Of a stretch of DNA of 64,000 bases, positions 58,742 through 64,000 are shown in pieces. Both the position numbers and the translations under genes were made by a program. Where the stretch lies: assembly GCA_963825865.1 (NCBI GenBank), contig CAWGVG010000014.1:1-64000 (forward strand), read 5' to 3'. Each line of letters begins with the position of its first letter. Within the stretch, counting starts at the first letter, position 1. The DNA comes from an uncultured Nitrososphaeraceae archaeon (GTDB lineage Archaea; Thermoproteota; Nitrososphaeria; Nitrososphaerales; Nitrososphaeraceae). Under the pieces are notes generated by a model, which saw only the letters and a list, made by a program, of their open reading frames with translations, was not told the origin of the DNA and searched no databases.

Positions 58742-59011
58742 CTAATTTTTCGCTCCATTTATAACTTTTGAAACGGTGTTCTTAAATCCACAAATTGTAA
58801 TGATCGGATCTTTTGGATAAGCATCGCCAATTTCTTCGGAGACACTAATCTTTTCCTCACTCTTAACGTAGAGCATCTTTTTCCAAAATTTACCATCTGC
58901 GACAATTGTAGAAGAACCATCCAGTAGAAAGCCGATTTCTGCAAGTTTAGATTCTATTTTCTCTAATGGTACAAGTACAGAAATCGATTTTAATTTCTGC
59001 TTATTTCGCAT
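58742..59011 (-). CDS. Hypothetical protein
   Basis: 89-aa ORF co-oriented with 58193-58708. Confidence 0.55.
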   Translation of the reverse strand: MRNKQKLKSISVLVPLEKIESKLAEIGFLLDGSSTIVADGKFWKKMLYVKSEEKISVSEEIGDAYPKDPIITICGFKNTVSKVINGAKN

Positions 59012-59567
59012 AAGTTTCTAACAAACTCCAGATATAAAAATTTCATCCATACGTCGTTTTTGTTGACACATTATCAAAACAATTTAATGCAAAAGTATAA
59101 AATATATAATGATGCACTCGATGAATGAATATATCTGTTTCATATATATATATATATAGAGTAGAGTTGGAGTTTCTGTTTAACTAAGCAATAATTTAGG
59201 TTTATCAACGCTAATTATTTTGAAAGTGGAACTTCGTTGAACAATGACATTAAATTAGTTTATGTATTATTTATTCAAGGGCAACGCATAAACGATGCTA
59301 GTCAAGTTATTATTGCTCGAGAAAGCGATTAAACTAGTATGATCAAAGTATCCGTGTAAAGTAAAAGATAATTAGAATAAATATGATATATGATTTTAAT
59401 ATTAATAATAAAAGAGTACATGTGTCATACTTTGTGTAGCGTTTTAAAATATGTGGTACTTGGTCCTTTAAAAGTCATAATGCATAGTTATATAATCTCT
59501 TTTTTTAAACAACTAAGTCGGTCAGCCATAACACACATTAAACACAGCACTACTTTTAGATGACTAT

Positions 59568-60002
59568 ATGAGTACTCAGACAGAATCAGATTACGAAACT
59601 TTATTAAGGAATATACAAGGTAAACTGGGTAATACTTCTCGAAAGTCCATATCAAGAAGACTCGAAGTCCCAGTCCCTAAAGTTATCTGGGTTGGTCAAC
59701 GGACCATTTTTAGAAACTTTATGGAGTTTCCAAAAGCGTTGAGGAGGAATCCGGAGAAGATCCTACTTTATCTTAATAAGGAACTTGCTTCCGCAGGTTT
59801 TATTGTCGGTGATCGAGTTATATTCATAGGGCGTAAACAACCGTCCTCTTTTGGAGCATTAATTGATAGGTATATCAAAGACTATGTTATTTGTCCTGTC
59901 TGCGGAAGTCCTGACACTAGAACCGAGAAGAACAAGAAGCTTGGATTTCTGTTATGCGATGCATGTGGTGCACGATCCTCCATCAAAGGCAACTATGCCT
60001 AA
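59568..60002 (+). CDS. eif2b: Translation initiation factor 2 beta subunit
   Basis: TIFRNF...LNKELAS, YVICPVCGSPDT, CDACGA. Confidence 0.95.
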   Translation: MSTQTESDYETLLRNIQGKLGNTSRKSISRRLEVPVPKVIWVGQRTIFRNFMEFPKALRRNPEKILLYLNKELASAGFIVGDRVIFIGRKQPSSFGALIDRYIKDYVICPVCGSPDTRTEKNKKLGFLLCDACGARSSIKGNYA

Positions 60003-60149
60003 GAAAAAATGTTATCCTTAATCATTTTTTAACGTTTAGAGGAGCCTGCTAAAAGAGTATAATAATAATTAAGTTGATATGTATTTATCTATGTGAGCTA
60101 ACATTTTCCTCAACTTTTATAAAGCAAAGAAGACCGCAGATATCTTAAT

Positions 60150-62644
60150 ATGAAAAGTTATATTAAAATAAGATGTAAGGAAATATCCCTACTGTTTACT
60201 ATAGGTTTGCTTCTTTGCGCTATTTCAAGCAGTACTGCTCGTGCTCAACAGGTGCTGCCAGGTGCCACAGCAGTACCACCAAAAGCTCCAACCACTCCAG
60301 TGCCAGCAAAAATTCATGCTGTAAAAATCATTTCCCCTACTAAAGGTCAGCAAGTTCCTATCGGAAATAGCCTTCTGGTCACAGGAGCATCTTCAGCTAA
60401 TGCTAATTCTAATTGTCAGGTTTCCGTTATTGCAAATGGCATAAAACCATATCAACCAGCTCTAGCGTCTGGACCTGGTGGAACACACGATTATTCTAAA
60501 TGGAGTTTTACACTTAGCCCTAAATATACCGCTATTAAAGAAGGAGAAAATAAAATAACTGCCAAATACACTTGCAGCGATAATCCAACTGCAGCATCAT
60601 ATTATAGTGTAAATGTCACAGGGGTCGCAGCTGTAAAACAATCTGCTACATCAACACCACCAACATCATCATCAACAACAAGCCATGCCATTACCCCATC
60701 AACACCACCAACATCATCATCAACAACAAGCCATGCCATTACCCCATCAACACCACGACCACCACCACCAACATCATCATCAACAACAAGCCATGCCATT
60801 ACCCCATCAACACCACCAACATCATCATCAACAACAAGCCATGCCATTACCCCATCAACACCACCAACATCATCATCAACAACAAGCCATGCCATTACCC
60901 CATCAACACCACGACCACCACCACCAACATCATCATCAACAACAAGCCATGCCATTACCCCATCAACACCACCAACATCAACAACAACATCAACAACAAG
61001 CCATGCCGTTACCCCATCGGTAAGTCATCCTACTACTCCTAATTCAACTGCTGTGAAAATTGCTGGTTTAAAAATCACTTCTCCTACTAAAGATCAACAA
61101 GTTCCTATTGGCAATAGCCTTCTGGTCTCAGGAGCATCTTCTGCTAATGCTAACTCTAATTGTCCGGTTTCAGTTAATTTAAACCATGTAAAACCAAACC
61201 AACCAGCTCTAGCATCTGGGCCTGGTGGACCAAATGATTATTCTCAATGGACTGTCACGCTTCCTGCTGGCTATGGTCCTATTAATGCGGGAGAGAATAA
61301 AATAACTGCCAAATCCTCTTGTAGTAATGATCCTACTCTAACCGAGTTTGATAGTGTAAATGTCACAGGGGTCGCAGCAGTAAAACAATCTGCCACGTCA
61401 TTATCAACAAGCACCGTCAGTAACAGCGGATATAATACCAGTGGTTATGGCGGCGTCGGAGGCATCAGCGGTATGCCAGGTACTGGCGGCGTCGGAGGCA
61501 TCAGCGGTATGCCAGGTACTGGCGACGTCGGAGGCAATGACCCAGGTACCGTTAGCAGCAGCAGCAGGCAGCAGCAGCGATGGCGGCAGCAGCAGCCATC
61601 ACAGCCATCACAGCAGCAGCAGCAGCGAGCAGCAGCGATGGCGGCAGCAGCAGCCATCACAGCAGCGAGCAGCGGTGGAGGCGATGGTGGCGGCAGCGGC
61701 GATGGCGGCAGCAGGAGCGGCGGAGGCGGTAAAGGTGGAGGCGATGGTGGCGGCGGCAGCAGCGGCGGAGGCGGTAAAGGTGGAGGTGGAGGCGATGGTG
61801 GCGGGGCGGCGAGCGGAGGCGGTAAAGGTGGAGGCGATGGTGGCGGCGGAGGCGGTGATGGTGGCGGCGAGGCAGCGGCGGAGGGGCGGTAAAGGTGGAG
61901 GTGGAGGCGATGGCGGCGGCAGGAGCGGCGGAGGCGGTAAAGGTGGAGGCATGGCGGCGAGCGAGCGGTGGAGGTGGCGGCGATGGCGGCGGCAGGCAGC
62001 GGCGGAGGTGGCGAGACGGGGCGGAGGTGGCGGCGAGACGGCGGAGGCGGTAAAGGTGGAGGTGGCGGCGATGGTGGAGGTGGCGGCGATGGTGGCGGCA
62101 AAGGTGGAGGCGGTGGCGGAGCAGCGGCGGAGGCGGTAAAGGTGGAGGTGGCGGCGGAAAGGCGGCGGCGGCGGCAAAGGCGGAGGTGGCGGCGGCGATG
62201 GTGGCGGCAAAGGCGGAGGCGGAGGTGGCGGCGGAGGCGGTGGAGGCGGCAAAGGCGGAGGCGGAGGCGGCGGACGCGTCGTACTATTCCTACAATGGAG
62301 ACATTGAACTCGCCTTACTCTATGACAGCAACCATCCTTTTAGTAATACTGACGCCGGAGGAGTAGCTTCGTACAATCCTTACAATGCTGACATTGAACT
62401 CATTTCCCTCTCAGATGGCAGCAGTCATGCTTCAAACGACAAAAAACAGCATTCCTCTTCATCTAACAGCGTCGATACTTCCAGTGATAGTGGCAGCGAC
62501 AAAAAACAGCATTCCTCTTCATCTAACAGCGTCGATACTTCCAGTGATAGTGGCAGCGACAAAAAACAGCATTCCTCTTCATCTGACGGCAAGTCAAGCG
62601 ATACTCAAGGTTTCGACTTCAAATTTCCAGTTCCTTTCCCATGA
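60150..62644 (+). CDS. Large secreted protein: two Ig-like repeats, Ser/Thr/Pro linker, Gly-rich region and Ser-rich tail (frameshifts in the GC-rich part)
   Basis: Signal peptide; duplicated KIxSPTKxQQVPIG...GENKITAK domain; ends FDFKFPVPFP at 62644. Confidence 0.75.
60649..61018 (+). repeat. About seven 48/60-bp coding tandem repeats (STPPTSSSTTSHAITP)
   Basis: CATCAACACCACCAACATCATCATCAACAACAAGCCATGCCATTACCC units, two with a 12-bp insert. Confidence 0.92.
61550..62275 (+). repeat. GC-rich low-complexity GGC/GGA/GGT repeat (GGGGK/GGDGG units)
   Basis: Recurrent GGCGGAGGCGGTAAAGGTGGAGG and GGCGATGGTGGCGGC. Confidence 0.9.
62437..62584 (+). repeat. About 2.5 copies of a 60-bp coding repeat (DKKQHSSSSNSVDTSSDSGS)
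   Basis: CGACAAAAAACAGCATTCCTCTTCATCT at 62437, 62497 and 62557. Confidence 0.92.
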
Positions 62645-63185
62645 GAATAATATCATGGATTAAAATTGGAGCAATTAACTATGACAGATGTCTGCATTTT
62701 TTGTAATGCTGATGGTGTGAATAACATCGTCGCGGTAATGACATATGCTTAAGAACCTCCCACACGCAAACTTGTAAATTAACACACCAATCGGGCTATT
62801 CACTAATCATACATTTACGTTTGTATTTGCCAAAGTTATTTTACGAATATACTATATATCTATGGCTTTTGATCCACAAGTTATACTTGTGAATCATATT
62901 GTTGGTTGGTTGGTTGATCGTCAGTTTTGAAAAAAGTAACCTTCACATTCAAAGGTAAATGGTGTTGGCCTGTTTTTAGTCTATAATCAATTTAGCAGAA
63001 AATTGTCTTGCTCAAAATGCAATTCCTCGTTATTTCTAGCACGTCAAACTAAATATGCATAAAAATAAGTTAATTTAAAAAATTCTTTTCTGGATTTTTA
63101 TTTGGTATTAACTGTTTTTAGCATAAAATTAGATAAAATTGACTATGGATTCTAAGTATGAATTACCTGTCTGTCTCAAATAGAT

Positions 63186-63413
63186 ATGACAGCAATAAAA
63201 TCACTTCATCAAGAAGCGATCATAGAACACACAAATAACAACTTCACAGCCGGTCAAAGTTGGGGTGCTCTAAGAAAAGCGTGGAAAGGTTACAGAATTG
63301 CCAAAGTCCAGAGCGACGATGCCAAAATGAGAGAGTACGCCACAAAAATTAGAAAGATCCAAACAGAGCTTAGAATAAGCATATCGTCATTTCCGCAATT
63401 GGACATCGCTTAG
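63186..63413 (+). CDS. Small hypothetical protein
   Basis: 75-aa helical ORF (GQSWGALRKAWKGYRIAK). Confidence 0.65.
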   Translation: MTAIKSLHQEAIIEHTNNNFTAGQSWGALRKAWKGYRIAKVQSDDAKMREYATKIRKIQTELRISISSFPQLDIA

Positions 63414-63875
63414 GGTCTAATGCGATTTTCTTTTTTCTTCTCTTCCGCCTTAATATATTTGGTAATTAATAACGCACGCAATCCTGCTACATCTTTATCT
63501 AATATCAAAAAACAGATATAATTCTAACAGATGATAGAAATTTAATTCTAATATATATATTCCAACCTTGGCTTGTAGTGAATATCCTATAGCAATTTTT
63601 CACCTTAATATCGATAGTTAGCAAGAGCATTCTAAAGGAATCTTTGAAAGCCCTTGAAAGGAGAAATCGCACAAACTATACTCTGTTATTATATTATATG
63701 ACGACATTGAGAATCAGCTGACAAGAAGAAATATTATACAGATCTAGCGTCTCCGACTAACTATGAAATATTTTTTTTATCTAAGAAATCTATTATATGC
63801 TCATGTTAACTAAAAACCGAATCATTGTATGAACGATATGTAATTATTATCTAAACTTTGTTATTTTAGTAGTTG

Positions 63876-64000
63876 ATGTTCGGTTTTGGAAAAAGAAGAA
63901 GATGAGATTAAAGAAATTAAAGAATCTAAAGATGATGATGAGGTTTCAACTTCAGAAGAGGAGATGATAAAGCTTAGAGAAGAATTAGTTTCGGTGCAAG
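63876..64000 (+). CDS. Start of an acidic coiled-coil protein running off the window
   Basis: MFGFGK then, after an apparent indel, EEDEIKEIKESKDDDEVSTSEEEMIKLREEL. Confidence 0.35.

Noticed and set aside
59142-59158. (AT)n microsatellite
   Set aside because: Short, and unremarkable in AT-rich intergenic DNA.
60602-62366. His/Gln-rich, Pro-rich and Ala-rich alternative ORFs
   Set aside because: Shadow frames of the coding repeats in the 60150 gene.

Overview
AT-rich archaeal chromosomal segment whose gene content points to a soil ammonia-oxidising thaumarchaeon (Nitrososphaeraceae-like; inferred from gene content, not from a search). Roughly 1-15 kb is an accessory region: IS5-family elements and solo IS ends, secreted BNR/FxLYD-type genes, a HEPN-motif gene, an IS-disrupted two-gene operon, and a GC-rich fragment carrying an HExxH motif. 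Roughly 15-60 kb is mostly core genome: SSADH, hemB, aIF5A, P-II, rpl44e/rps27e, thpR-cca, leuCD, proteasome beta, bud32/kae1, ychF, a his operon, HMG-CoA reductase, ArsA/GET3, zinc ferredoxin and aIF2-beta. It also holds two tRNA genes with two introns each, an IS630 remnant and a 1.5 kb iteron-like/RHH island. A repeat-rich secreted protein gene lies near the end. Many essential genes are split by single-base indels, probably long-read errors; these cluster at GCWGC, GTAC and AGCT. The best leads are the GTGATAA iteron/RHH island, a 4xCBS-HPF fusion hidden by a frameshift, the HEPN/two-gene island, a catalytically degenerate PurF paralogue and the motif-biased error pattern.
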